From positions 58,233-122,232 of IMG/VR virus record IMGVR_UViG_3300020421_003230: 64,000 nucleotides of DNA. One strand, 5' to 3'. Source of the DNA: a virus. Each line of letters starts with the position of its first letter. Within the stretch, counting starts at the first letter, position 1. A program made the position numbers and the translations under genes. A model generated the notes under the pieces. The model made no database searches. It saw only the letters and a program-made list of their open reading frames with translations, and was not told the DNA's origin. Positions 40,267 to 49,943 of the stretch are shown here, piece by piece.

Positions 40267-41332
40267 TATATTTTTTAATTCAAAAGCTGGTAAAGTGGAA
40301 AGGTTACGATATCAATTAAATGAAACTGAACAAGTAAATAAGTTTTTAAAAGTATGGAAACTTGCAGATGATTCTTTTTCTGAACAACGATTGAATTGGT
40401 TTGGAAAAACTGAATCACTTGGTAGTGCAAAACGAAAGTTAGATAGTTTGAACGATACCATAAAAAAATTAAATGATACAGGTAATGTTAAGATATCAGA
40501 AAAGTTATTAGTAAATCACATAGAATTAGATTCATCACAATTATGGAAGTTAAATGAACTACATGAAATTTTTGAGTTGTGGACTTTAGAAACATCTACA
40601 TCCACTTCTAATATTGACCATAGAGATATCATTGGTGAACAGATAGATGGATTTGAACACAATGGTGAATCAGATGAATATATGATATCTTTATTTGAAC
40701 ATATAAATTGGTATGTGCATGAGTTGGAGTGGTACTTAAGTGGTTCATTGGATGACCCAAACTATAAAGATTATTTTTATGTTGTAAGAAATAGTTGGAG
40801 TAGATTAGTAGGTGAAGAGTGGGTTCCTAATTCAGATGAACTTACTGATGATGATTATAATCAGATGGAACGAGTTAATATGTTTGGGAAGATATATTTA
40901 GATTTTGCTACCGTAGGAAAGGATATGTCTCATGCATTTCGTACTCAAGATAAAACACTTATAGAACGAAAGAATATTACACAACAAAAGTTTTTTAGGC
41001 CATCAGTAAATATAAAGTTTGTAAATTCAGATTATGTAGAACCACCAAGTGATTTTGATGGTATAAATTTTATTGCACCAAATGATTTTACCGAAAGAGA
41101 TTATAAGGTTTATTATGATTGGTGTGAAAAAAATGGTGCTTCTAAGTGTGGATATGATTACAAATCACCATCATATAATTTAGGTAGAATTTCACTTGGA
41201 GAAACAACAGATTTAACTTTAGATAATTTTGGTGATTTTTTTGATGAGTTTGATAGTGTACATCATGTAGAGGTTCCAAACTTTTCTTCACCAAAAAAAT
41301 ATATTTCAATATCAGATAAAGGTTCACATTAA
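40253..41332 (+). CDS. Hypothetical protein
   Basis: 359-aa coupled ORF; no function recognised. Confidence 0.6.
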   Translation: MKNFDIFFNSKAGKVERLRYQLNETEQVNKFLKVWKLADDSFSEQRLNWFGKTESLGSAKRKLDSLNDTIKKLNDTGNVKISEKLLVNHIELDSSQLWKLNELHEIFELWTLETSTSTSNIDHRDIIGEQIDGFEHNGESDEYMISLFEHINWYVHELEWYLSGSLDDPNYKDYFYVVRNSWSRLVGEEWVPNSDELTDDDYNQMERVNMFGKIYLDFATVGKDMSHAFRTQDKTLIERKNITQQKFFRPSVNIKFVNSDYVEPPSDFDGINFIAPNDFTERDYKVYYDWCEKNGASKCGYDYKSPSYNLGRISLGETTDLTLDNFGDFFDEFDSVHHVEVPNFSSPKKYISISDKGSH

Positions 41333-43290
41333 TGAATAAACAAAGATTATACTTAGTAGAAGCATCTTATGTATTTAAACCATCCAATATGGAAAATGGT
41401 CAAGTTAGATTACCATACTCTACAGGATTACTTTGGTCACATTGTGAGTTAAATAAAAAGATATCTGATAACTATGAACTATCTGATATTCTTTTTGTAA
41501 GAACTTCACCACAAGAATTTTTAGATGAAATTCATGAACCTGATATTATTGGTTTTTCTTGTTTTGTTTGGAATTGGGATTTTAATAAAAAATTAGCTAA
41601 AAAGGTAAAACAAAAATATCCTAATTGTACTATTATATTTGGTGGCCAAATGCAACCAACAGCAGAATCTATTGATTGGAATAAAGATTTTTTTAAAGAA
41701 CATCCTTATGTTGATATATTAGTTCATGGAGAGGGTGAATTGATTTTTGAAAATATACTCTTAGAAAATTTAAAAAATAAAAATTGGGATAATGTAAATG
41801 GTATAACATATAAAATTGGTAATGGTTATAAAACTACAGATAAGATGATTAGGGTTAATGATATTGATTCTATGCCAAGTCCATATTTAAATGGATTGAT
41901 GGATAGGTTTGTAAAACAATATAGAGATGATTACAAATTCACAACAACAATTGAATCTGTACGAGGTTGTCCTTATAGATGTACTTATTGTGAAATAGGA
42001 GATTTATACTTTCAAAAAATACATGCTCAGAGTTTAGAAAAATTAACAAAAGAAATACAATGGATGTCAGATAATGAAGTTGTTTATATTGATAATGCAG
42101 ATTCTAACTTTGGATTATATTTTGATAGAGATTTAGAGATTGCTCATATTCTTGTTGATTTAAAAAAGAGAACAGGATATCCTGAAACATTTAGAAACGA
42201 TTGGGCAAAGGATAAGGGTGAAAAGTTAATTCCTATTGCACAAGTATTACAGACTGGTGATATGAACAAAGGATTAACAATGGCATTACAATCTATGAAT
42301 GAAGATACATTGGCTGCTATCAAGAGAAGAAATGTTATTTCTAAAAAAGCTGGTATACAAGATTTCTTAGAAAAGTGTAATAATATAAACCTACCTGTGT
42401 ATGCTGAATTTATTCTTGGGTTACCTGAAGAAACTTTAGATTCATTTAAAGATGCTATTTATAAATTAATAAACTACGGACAACATAATTATGTAGGTGT
42501 TTATCCATTGAGTATATTACCTAATACACCATTTGGTAATCCAGAGTATGTTGGTAAGTATGGTTTAGAAACTATTAAAACAAAAGGTTTGTATTATCAT
42601 ATTACAGAAGAAGAAATAGAAGAAAATGAATCAGAACAGATATGTGTTTCTACATCTACTATGCCGTATGATGATATGATGATGGCATACGATTTTAGAT
42701 GGTTTATTATGATTACACACTTTTTTGGATTAGTACAAGTTGTATCAAGATTTTTAACTTCTACTGGCCGTGTTGAGTATAGAGAATTTTATGAAGATAT
42801 GTGGAATCATTTTAAAGATTCCGATACAATATTGGGTACTGAAATAAAAGAGTATCAAGATGCAATAAGAAAAGTTTTTACAGAAGAACGATATTGGGGT
42901 TGGTTTTTTGAGGAATCAAATTATACTTGGGAGTTTGATGAGGGTTCATTTATAAAATTAGTTGATAATATGGATGTGTTATATGATGAAATAAAAGAGT
43001 ATTTACAAAAATACTTTGATGATAAAAAAACATTAGATTCAGTTTTAGATTATCAAAAAGAATATATCGTGAATGTAGATAAACAATATCCAATCAAAAA
43101 AGAATTTGATATAAATATAAAAGATGTTATTGAAAAAAACGAACCTGTAAAAAATGGTGGTTATGTTTATGAGTTTGATACGAACTCTAAATGTAAAAAC
43201 TATAACAATAATAAATTTGATTGGTGTAGAGAATTATTTTGGTGGGGACGAAAAGAGGGTAGATATAAAACGATGATTGAGGAGAAGTAG
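41332..43290 (+). CDS. Cobalamin-binding radical SAM protein
   Basis: N-terminal B12-domain motifs PDIIGFSCFVWN, IFGG, VHGEGE; RGCPYRCTYC; ADSNFG; ILGLPEET. Confidence 0.88.
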   Translation: MNKQRLYLVEASYVFKPSNMENGQVRLPYSTGLLWSHCELNKKISDNYELSDILFVRTSPQEFLDEIHEPDIIGFSCFVWNWDFNKKLAKKVKQKYPNCTIIFGGQMQPTAESIDWNKDFFKEHPYVDILVHGEGELIFENILLENLKNKNWDNVNGITYKIGNGYKTTDKMIRVNDIDSMPSPYLNGLMDRFVKQYRDDYKFTTTIESVRGCPYRCTYCEIGDLYFQKIHAQSLEKLTKEIQWMSDNEVVYIDNADSNFGLYFDRDLEIAHILVDLKKRTGYPETFRNDWAKDKGEKLIPIAQVLQTGDMNKGLTMALQSMNEDTLAAIKRRNVISKKAGIQDFLEKCNNINLPVYAEFILGLPEETLDSFKDAIYKLINYGQHNYVGVYPLSILPNTPFGNPEYVGKYGLETIKTKGLYYHITEEEIEENESEQICVSTSTMPYDDMMMAYDFRWFIMITHFFGLVQVVSRFLTSTGRVEYREFYEDMWNHFKDSDTILGTEIKEYQDAIRKVFTEERYWGWFFEESNYTWEFDEGSFIKLVDNMDVLYDEIKEYLQKYFDDKKTLDSVLDYQKEYIVNVDKQYPIKKEFDINIKDVIEKNEPVKNGGYVYEFDTNSKCKNYNNNKFDWCRELFWWGRKEGRYKTMIEEK

Positions 43291-43292
43291 AG

Positions 43293-44012
43293 ATGTTGTG
43301 GAAGAGGAAACAATGGAATGATAGTTTAGAACAAGGGATACCACATATAGTTGTGGATAATTTCTTTGATGACGAAACTGCACATAAATTATATGATGAG
43401 TGTGTAAATACTGCACCAAGAGGTGGATGGACAAATTTTACAAGAGCAGGTTCTAATATGGAAGAATATAATGATATGATTTATTGTAAGAAAGGACATA
43501 CTATAACTTATGATTTAATGCATAGTGGTGAAATGTTATTTGAGTTAGAACAATTAACTGATATGGTAGGGTTGATGCCAGACCCACATTTGGTCGGTGC
43601 AGGGTACTCACGATTCAAACCAGGTAGTGATTTAAAACCACACTATGATTTTAATTGGAATGATAGGTTAAGATTGCATAGAAGATTAAGTGCTTTTGTT
43701 TATTTAACACCAGATTGGAAAGATGAGTATGGTGGACACATTCAGTTTTGGGATGGTAATCCTAATGAAACAAAGAAGGCAAAAATAGTAAAAGAAATTG
43801 CACCACAATTTAACAGATTAGTATTGTTCGGTAATTTAGTAAAGGGGCCAGTTCATTCGGTACGACCAGTCAAGGCACCTAATGGATTACAAAGAACTTC
43901 AATTAGGTGGTTTTATTATCAAAGTACTTCTGAGTATAATCCTAATGACCCACCACATAAAAGTGTTTACAAAACAAATGAGTATACACATACAAAACTT
44001 TATAATGATTGA
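43293..44012 (+). CDS. 2OG-Fe(II) oxygenase (P4H/Oxy_3-like)
   Basis: PHIVVDNF, HYDFN, YLTPDW..YGG, PQFNRLVLF, HSV, R. Confidence 0.85.
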   Translation: MLWKRKQWNDSLEQGIPHIVVDNFFDDETAHKLYDECVNTAPRGGWTNFTRAGSNMEEYNDMIYCKKGHTITYDLMHSGEMLFELEQLTDMVGLMPDPHLVGAGYSRFKPGSDLKPHYDFNWNDRLRLHRRLSAFVYLTPDWKDEYGGHIQFWDGNPNETKKAKIVKEIAPQFNRLVLFGNLVKGPVHSVRPVKAPNGLQRTSIRWFYYQSTSEYNPNDPPHKSVYKTNEYTHTKLYND

Positions 44013-44715
44013 TATTACTGAAAATATAAAAAGACTTTACGATTTGTATTCTCAAAAAATGCATGTCATTGAGGATTTAAAGTTAGTCGTTAGTGTACAA
44101 TTAGGATTTGGTCAAGTTACTTTTGAAAAGTGGATACAAGATACAGATTACAAAGTAACAAGGTTATCTGAACTTGGTACATGGGATGATGTAGAAAAAT
44201 GGATAAAAGATTATAAATGGCTATTTATAATTAAGGATACAATGAATGCATATTATTCTTCGTTGAATCATATAATTCATGAATCACCTATATTACCTGA
44301 TGGAACTAATGCTACATTTTTAAGAAGTTCTATTTTAAAGTTAAAAAATGAATCATCAAATGAATTAGAGTTTTATCATAATATGCTTAATGTATTCTTA
44401 TATGATTACTGGTCAGGTGAATGTCATTCTCGTTTACTTTCATATAGGATTCCTTTTTGGTTAAAAGAATTATCTGGTGAAGAGGTTGATATACACACTA
44501 TAGATATTGATAATTTTTATAAATCATTTGGTAAGTTAGTTGATTATAAATTTGTTAAACAGAACAAGTTGGATAAAGATGAAAAGAAAGTTTTAGATAA
44601 AATTTTAAAAACATATAACTTTAATCAATTACAAACAAGGTTCTTATTAGATACCATTACATTTGAGAAAAACTTAAGGCAATATGAAATAAAAGATATA
44701 AAGGAAATATTATGA
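44005..44715 (+). CDS. Hypothetical protein
   Basis: In-frame ATG 44005 overlaps the upstream gene end; only a weak sulfotransferase-like FIIKD..NAYYS segment. Confidence 0.5.
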   Translation: MIDITENIKRLYDLYSQKMHVIEDLKLVVSVQLGFGQVTFEKWIQDTDYKVTRLSELGTWDDVEKWIKDYKWLFIIKDTMNAYYSSLNHIIHESPILPDGTNATFLRSSILKLKNESSNELEFYHNMLNVFLYDYWSGECHSRLLSYRIPFWLKELSGEEVDIHTIDIDNFYKSFGKLVDYKFVKQNKLDKDEKKVLDKILKTYNFNQLQTRFLLDTITFEKNLRQYEIKDIKEIL

Positions 44716-44813
44716 AAAGTATAATTGGTTGGTTTAAAAAAATATATTGGAAGTATAAATTAAAAAAGAAAATAAAACGATATCAAAAACAAGACCCATT
44801 TATTTACAAGTAG
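44712..44813 (+). CDS. 33-aa basic small protein ending DPFIYK
   Basis: MKSIIGWFKKIYWKYKLKKKIKRYQKQDPFIYK; ATGA-coupled and fills the gap before 44823. Confidence 0.65.
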   Translation: MKSIIGWFKKIYWKYKLKKKIKRYQKQDPFIYK

Positions 44814-44822
44814 GAGAAAAAA

Positions 44823-46061
44823 ATGAATATAGGTTTTATAGGATTAGGAAAATTAGGATTACCATGTGCTCTTGCGGTAGAATCAAGAGGACATAGTGTA
44901 ATTGGTTATGACCCATCAGAACAAGTTAAAGATATTATTGATACAAAGAAACTTCAGTATCAAGAGATATGGGCACAAGATTATTTAGATAAAACAAAAA
45001 TAAAAATTAAATCAATAGAAGATGTGGTAAAACATTCTGAAATAATTTTTGTACCTATACAAACACCACATGGTGAAAAGTTTGAGGGTTCAACACGAAT
45101 ACCTAATGAAAGAAAAGATTTTGATTACACTTTTTTAAAAAAGGGTATTGAGGATTTATCAAACGAAATAGAAAAACAAGGTGAGGATAAAATAGTTATT
45201 GTGATATCTACAGTCTTACCTGGTACAATTCGTAGAGAGATAAAACCATTATTAGGTGAACACACAAAGTTATGTTACAATCCATTCTTTATTGCTATGG
45301 GTACAACCATGAGAGATTTTCTTAAACCAGAGATTGTATTGTTTGGTGTAGAAGATAAGAGAGCTGCAGAAAAAGCGAAACAATTTTATAGAACATTACA
45401 TCACCAACCATTTTACGAAACCACAATTGAAAATGCAGAATTAATCAAAGTTGTATATAATACTTTTATTGGAACTAAACTTGCATTTGTAAACACAATT
45501 ATGGAAGTGTGTCATAAGTTACCAAATACAAATGTAGATGATGTAACTAATGCACTAAAGATGTGTGATGAGAGAATTATATCAGATAGATACTTGAGTG
45601 GTGGTATGGGAGATGGTGGTGGTTGTCATCCACGAGATAACATTGCATTAAGTTGGTTAAGTGATGAACTAAAGGTTAGGTTTAATTGGTTTGATAATAT
45701 AATGATGCAACGAGAAGTTCAAACTGAATGGTTAGCGGATGTAATCGAGGGTAATCGTAGAAACAAAGATACTCTTTATATATTAGGTAAATCATTTAAA
45801 CCTGAAACTAACATACAGACAGGTAGTCCATCAATACTATTGAAAACTATATACGAAGAAAGACATGATAGAGAAGTTATTATGTATGACCCTTATGTTG
45901 ATGATATAGATGATTTTGATTTTAAACTCGGTGTTTATTTTATAGGAACAAAACATCCTGATTTTGTTGATTTCAAGTTTCCACATGATTCTACCATTAT
46001 AGACCCATGGCGATACATACCAGATAAAGATGGTTGTCGAGTAATTAGATTAGGAGAGTAA
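44823..46061 (+). CDS. UDP-glucose/GDP-mannose dehydrogenase family protein
   Basis: GLGKLG Rossmann motif, STVLPGT, AELIKVVYN, GGGCHPRD, LGKSFKP. Confidence 0.9.
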   Translation: MNIGFIGLGKLGLPCALAVESRGHSVIGYDPSEQVKDIIDTKKLQYQEIWAQDYLDKTKIKIKSIEDVVKHSEIIFVPIQTPHGEKFEGSTRIPNERKDFDYTFLKKGIEDLSNEIEKQGEDKIVIVISTVLPGTIRREIKPLLGEHTKLCYNPFFIAMGTTMRDFLKPEIVLFGVEDKRAAEKAKQFYRTLHHQPFYETTIENAELIKVVYNTFIGTKLAFVNTIMEVCHKLPNTNVDDVTNALKMCDERIISDRYLSGGMGDGGGCHPRDNIALSWLSDELKVRFNWFDNIMMQREVQTEWLADVIEGNRRNKDTLYILGKSFKPETNIQTGSPSILLKTIYEERHDREVIMYDPYVDDIDDFDFKLGVYFIGTKHPDFVDFKFPHDSTIIDPWRYIPDKDGCRVIRLGE

Positions 46062-46062
46062 C

Positions 46063-46956
46063 ATGAAATTATTTACATTCGGAGATAGTTGGACAGAAGG
46101 CTCTGGTATGTTTGGTGCCGAAACTACAGAGGAAATAAATCAAGAAGCAACAAAATATGCTTGGCCAGTACACTTATCAAAAAAACTTAATTTTGATTTA
46201 AAAAATTATGCAAAATCTGGTGATGGTAATGAACAGATAATGAATAAAGTTATTGATAAGTTTTCGGAAATATCAAAAGATGATATTACTATTGTTATGT
46301 GGTCGGATATGGGTAGGGTTTTGAATCCAGCTAATCCATCTCAAGCTTCACTAAATTGTTTTTCTGTTCCAACAAAAAATCTTGTTTATCAAAAACATAT
46401 AGGTGGTTATCATCAAGATTATATTAAGTTTTTAGAACATTACTCACTTTTAACTTTACCTACCTTGAATGATATGAAATCGAAATACTTAAATATGATT
46501 TTATTGGTACAAGAGTTATTTAAATCACATGGAAAAAAATTATATCAAGTAGAAGCATTCTCTAATTATTGGGATACCGATTGTAGAAAATGGTATAGTA
46601 CACTTGTGCCTGCATTCGATTTCTCGTATCACTTAAATGATGTTCCTGATGGTTTACAAAATTGGTTACGAAGAACAATTGGTGATTCAAATCCTTTGGA
46701 TGATTTTACAGAGTTAGTATCTATATTAAAAAACTCAGAAAAGTATCGAGATGATGGTGTATTTCGTAAAACTCAGAATTTTGATTCTAAATTAAATTTA
46801 GTTGATGATACATTTTGGTGGTTTAGAGAAAAATGTGTTGCACAAGTTTTACCACATCAAAAGAATTGGGCAGCTGATAATAATTACCACCATCCAGGTA
46901 AAGTAGGACATAAAAATATAGGAGATTTATTTTATGATAAACTTAAATCAGTTTAA
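46063..46956 (+). CDS. SGNH hydrolase-like protein
   Basis: FGDSWTEG, NYAKSGDGN, HHPGKVGH. Confidence 0.65.
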   Translation: MKLFTFGDSWTEGSGMFGAETTEEINQEATKYAWPVHLSKKLNFDLKNYAKSGDGNEQIMNKVIDKFSEISKDDITIVMWSDMGRVLNPANPSQASLNCFSVPTKNLVYQKHIGGYHQDYIKFLEHYSLLTLPTLNDMKSKYLNMILLVQELFKSHGKKLYQVEAFSNYWDTDCRKWYSTLVPAFDFSYHLNDVPDGLQNWLRRTIGDSNPLDDFTELVSILKNSEKYRDDGVFRKTQNFDSKLNLVDDTFWWFREKCVAQVLPHQKNWAADNNYHHPGKVGHKNIGDLFYDKLKSV

Positions 46957-47548
46957 AGATGCTTGGGATGCAGTAGAATTATTTGAAGAAAGAGTTTCTG
47001 AATATGCTGGTTCAAAGTATGCAGTTTCAACAGATAATTGTACAGATGCATTATTCTTGTGTTTGAAATATTTTAATCAACCAAGAACTATTACGATTCC
47101 TAAAAAAACTTATTTATCAGTTCCACAAACAATTATACATGCTGGTTATGGTGTAATGTTTGATGATATAGAGTGGAGTGGAGTTTATCAATTAAAACCA
47201 TTTCCAATATGGGATGGTGCAACAAGATTCAAAAAAAATATGTATAAAGGTGGGTATCATTGTTTATCATTTCATATCAAAAAACACATACCAATTGGTA
47301 AAGGTGGAATGATACTAACAGATGATATTGAATTTAGAGATTGGGCTCGTAAGGCTAGATATGAGGGTAGGAATTATAAAGTTAAGTATGAAGATGATAG
47401 ACCAGATATGATAGGTTGGAATATGTATATGTATCCTGAGCAGGCAGTTTTAGGATTAGAGTTATTTGATATACATACAGAAAAACCAGATTGTGGGGGT
47501 AGTGATACTTATTATGATTTAAGTACTCTATCGATATGGGATGACTGA
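46934..47548 (+). CDS. Short DegT/DnrJ/EryC1/StrS PLP aminotransferase
   Basis: FEERVSEYAG..YAVSTDNCTDALFL, SFHIKKHIPIGKGGMILTDD, GWNMYM; only 204 aa. Confidence 0.8.
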   Translation: MINLNQFKDAWDAVELFEERVSEYAGSKYAVSTDNCTDALFLCLKYFNQPRTITIPKKTYLSVPQTIIHAGYGVMFDDIEWSGVYQLKPFPIWDGATRFKKNMYKGGYHCLSFHIKKHIPIGKGGMILTDDIEFRDWARKARYEGRNYKVKYEDDRPDMIGWNMYMYPEQAVLGLELFDIHTEKPDCGGSDTYYDLSTLSIWDD

Positions 47549-47939
47549 ATTAGAGTTCTTTAAAGAACTATTTCCACCTACTGATGAATATCTTGATGTA
47601 AATTCTTTTATCTCACATGAGGGTGATATATTAGAATATCCTATATTAAACAATGAATTAAGAAACAAAGAAGAGGGGCCTGTTTGTGAGTGTGTTGGTG
47701 AGAATACCAATAAGGCCTTGTTTAAATACTTTCAATCTATAATCAAACAAGGAGTTCAATTACCAATATATATAAACAATAAAAATCAAGTTATGGATGG
47801 TTGGCATAGGTTGCATGCTTATTATTATATGGGAAAAACCAAAATACCAGTTTATCGTAATAAGTTATGGAGAAATCATGGATTTTGTTGGAAAAAAGGT
47901 TTAGAAGGTAGGAGAAGATTAAGATTAAAAACTTGGTAG
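47541..47939 (+). CDS. ParB/sulfiredoxin-like domain protein
   Basis: SIIKQGVQLPIYI....VMDGWHRLHA. Confidence 0.65.
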   Translation: MTELEFFKELFPPTDEYLDVNSFISHEGDILEYPILNNELRNKEEGPVCECVGENTNKALFKYFQSIIKQGVQLPIYINNKNQVMDGWHRLHAYYYMGKTKIPVYRNKLWRNHGFCWKKGLEGRRRLRLKTW

Positions 47940-47944
47940 TTTTA

Positions 47945-47952
47945 TATTTATA
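47945..47952 (+). promoter_or_regulatory. TATTTATA motif starting the head-associated block
   Basis: Intergenic, upstream of ATG 47979. Confidence 0.55.
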
Positions 47953-47978
47953 AGTGTACGAATATATGGGAAATTCAC

Positions 47979-48848
47979 ATGATTAAACTAAAAGATTTAT
48001 TAGAAGTTAGTAAAACTGGTACTTCCAAAGGTTCAGAAGAACTTGGTGGGTATAAAGGCTTCGTCAAACCTGAAGATTTTGAAGAATATAAAAAGTACAT
48101 GGGAAGAAAAGCACCTGAAGGTAGTATATTAGTTGAGGGTATAAACGATAAGGGTATATTTAAAGCTATATTTTTAGCAGGTGGGCCAGGTAGTGGTAAA
48201 ACTTATGTGGCTAAACAATTGTTTGGGATTCCTGATAGAATAAATGTATCTATGGCAGGTGTAAAAATGGTTAACTCAGATAAAGAGTTGAAATTTTTAT
48301 TAAACAAATATGGATTTGGTACTAACTTAGATAAAATGCCAGATGAAGTATTTAAAAACCTAACAGGAGATGGGCCTGAATCAAGTGGATTGAGAAAGTT
48401 TGCTAAATCACTTACAAAAGAAAGAATGAGATTATATCAACAAGGTAAGTTGGGTATGATTATAGATGGTACAGGTCATGATTTTGCAAAGATACAAAGA
48501 ATGAAATCTGAGTTAGAATCAGATGGATATGATACTTATATGTGTATGGTAAATACATCATTAGAGGTGGCACAAGAAAGAAATCAATTAAGAGATAGAA
48601 TCTTACCACCAGCATTATTAGAAAAGAGTTGGAAAGATGTACAGAAGAATATTGGTTCTTTCCAATCATTATTTAAAAACAATTTCGTGGTAGTTGATAA
48701 CTCAAATCACCTAACACAAAAACAAGCGGAGGCAAAATTTGTTCCATTGGTTTCAAAAGTTATTAGAAAGTTTGTTAATAAACCTATTAAAAACAAACTT
48801 GGACTCAAGTGGGTTGAAAAACAAAAATTACTTAAGGGGAGAAAATAA
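47979..48848 (+). CDS. P-loop kinase (zeta/AAA_33/Pnk-like) with MIKLKDLLE leader
   Basis: IFLAGGPGSGKT, VNSD, IIDGTG, A.ERN..RDR lid. Confidence 0.75.
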   Translation: MIKLKDLLEVSKTGTSKGSEELGGYKGFVKPEDFEEYKKYMGRKAPEGSILVEGINDKGIFKAIFLAGGPGSGKTYVAKQLFGIPDRINVSMAGVKMVNSDKELKFLLNKYGFGTNLDKMPDEVFKNLTGDGPESSGLRKFAKSLTKERMRLYQQGKLGMIIDGTGHDFAKIQRMKSELESDGYDTYMCMVNTSLEVAQERNQLRDRILPPALLEKSWKDVQKNIGSFQSLFKNNFVVVDNSNHLTQKQAEAKFVPLVSKVIRKFVNKPIKNKLGLKWVEKQKLLKGRK

Positions 48849-48849
48849 A

Positions 48850-49332
48850 ATGTTAACTACTTTTGATGAAATCATAGAAGTAACACTACACCACGAAGGC
48901 GGGTATGTACATGACCCAAACGATTTAGGTGGTGAAACAAATTATGGGATAGCAAAAAGATTCTATCCAGATGTAGATATTAAGAACCTTACTGAAGATG
49001 GTGCAAAAGAAATCTACAAAAAAGATTATTGGGATAAAAATAAAGTGGATGATTTAGCTGATGAACTAAAACATATCTTTTTTGATATGTGTGTGAATCA
49101 AGGTAGAGGAACCGCTGTAAGAATTTTACAACGAGCATGTAATGCAAAAGGTGCAGACTTGGCAATAGATGGTGGATTTGGGCCAGGTACAAAAAGTGCT
49201 ATTGAAACATACAAACCATCATTGGAAAGAGTTCGTTGTTATAGATTGAAACATTATTATGATTTAGTAAATAAAAAACCTGAACAAGAAAGATTTTTGT
49301 TCGGTTGGTTTAAACGAGCATTATCAGTATAG
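48850..49332 (+). CDS. GH108 lysozyme (probable endolysin) with peptidoglycan-binding C-terminus
   Basis: HEGGYVHDPNDLGGETNYGI, FDMCVNQG, DGGFGPGT, FLFGWFKR; ATG 48850 preferred. Confidence 0.88.
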   Translation: MLTTFDEIIEVTLHHEGGYVHDPNDLGGETNYGIAKRFYPDVDIKNLTEDGAKEIYKKDYWDKNKVDDLADELKHIFFDMCVNQGRGTAVRILQRACNAKGADLAIDGGFGPGTKSAIETYKPSLERVRCYRLKHYYDLVNKKPEQERFLFGWFKRALSV

Positions 49333-49341
49333 GAGATAAAA

Positions 49342-49623
49342 ATGGCAAGTAACCCAGTTCAAGGTTCTTTCGTAAGTAGAACCAAAACAATAGATACACC
49401 GAACTCATTCACATCAGCTTATGAAGTAGGTGCAAGTACAACATATGAACCAACAGGTTCTAATATGAATACTGCATTTATAGTTGAGGCAGGAACAGGA
49501 TATACACTATCATTAAAAGATGGTGGTGATTTAACTGCAGGATTAGTAACAGGTCAAGTGTATAATATAGCTTTGAAAAAAGTTGTTACTACAGGTGGTA
49601 CCGTAATTAAACTATTAAGTTAA
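49342..49623 (+). CDS. Hypothetical small beta-rich protein
   Basis: AGGAG Shine-Dalgarno; 93 aa. Confidence 0.6.
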   Translation: MASNPVQGSFVSRTKTIDTPNSFTSAYEVGASTTYEPTGSNMNTAFIVEAGTGYTLSLKDGGDLTAGLVTGQVYNIALKKVVTTGGTVIKLLS

Positions 49624-49940
49624 TGGCGGGAGATTGTTACCAAGCAAATGGTAATTTTATTATTACCAAAATGGATGACAAAGATTTCAAGTTGTGTCAT
49701 GGAGTGGCTATTCTATCTACAGATGGAAAACCATTCGGACATTGTTGGATAGAAAAAGGTGGAGCAGTAATGGATTTCTCAAATGGGAAAAAGATTGCAA
49801 CCACGAAAAAGAAATATTATGATTTGGGTGGAATACCTGTTAAAGGATATAAAACCTATAAGTATACTGCAAGAGAGGCAGCTATGAAAATGGTACAAAA
49901 AGGACATTGGGGGCCGTGGGATTCAACACCACCGAGATAA
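49623..49940 (+). CDS. Minimal transglutaminase/papain-like Cys-His-Asp protein
   Basis: GDCY...GHCWIE...VMDFS spacing. Confidence 0.5.
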   Translation: MAGDCYQANGNFIITKMDDKDFKLCHGVAILSTDGKPFGHCWIEKGGAVMDFSNGKKIATTKKKYYDLGGIPVKGYKTYKYTAREAAMKMVQKGHWGPWDSTPPR

Positions 49941-49943
49941 ATT

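Noticed and set aside
44005-44715. Sulfotransferase call
   Set aside because: Only a degenerate 3'-PSB-like segment and no clear 5'-PSB motif; left as hypothetical
47979-48848. Zeta toxin of a toxin-antitoxin pair
   Set aside because: P-loop similarity only; no adjacent antitoxin, and the leader resembles the head-associated proteins
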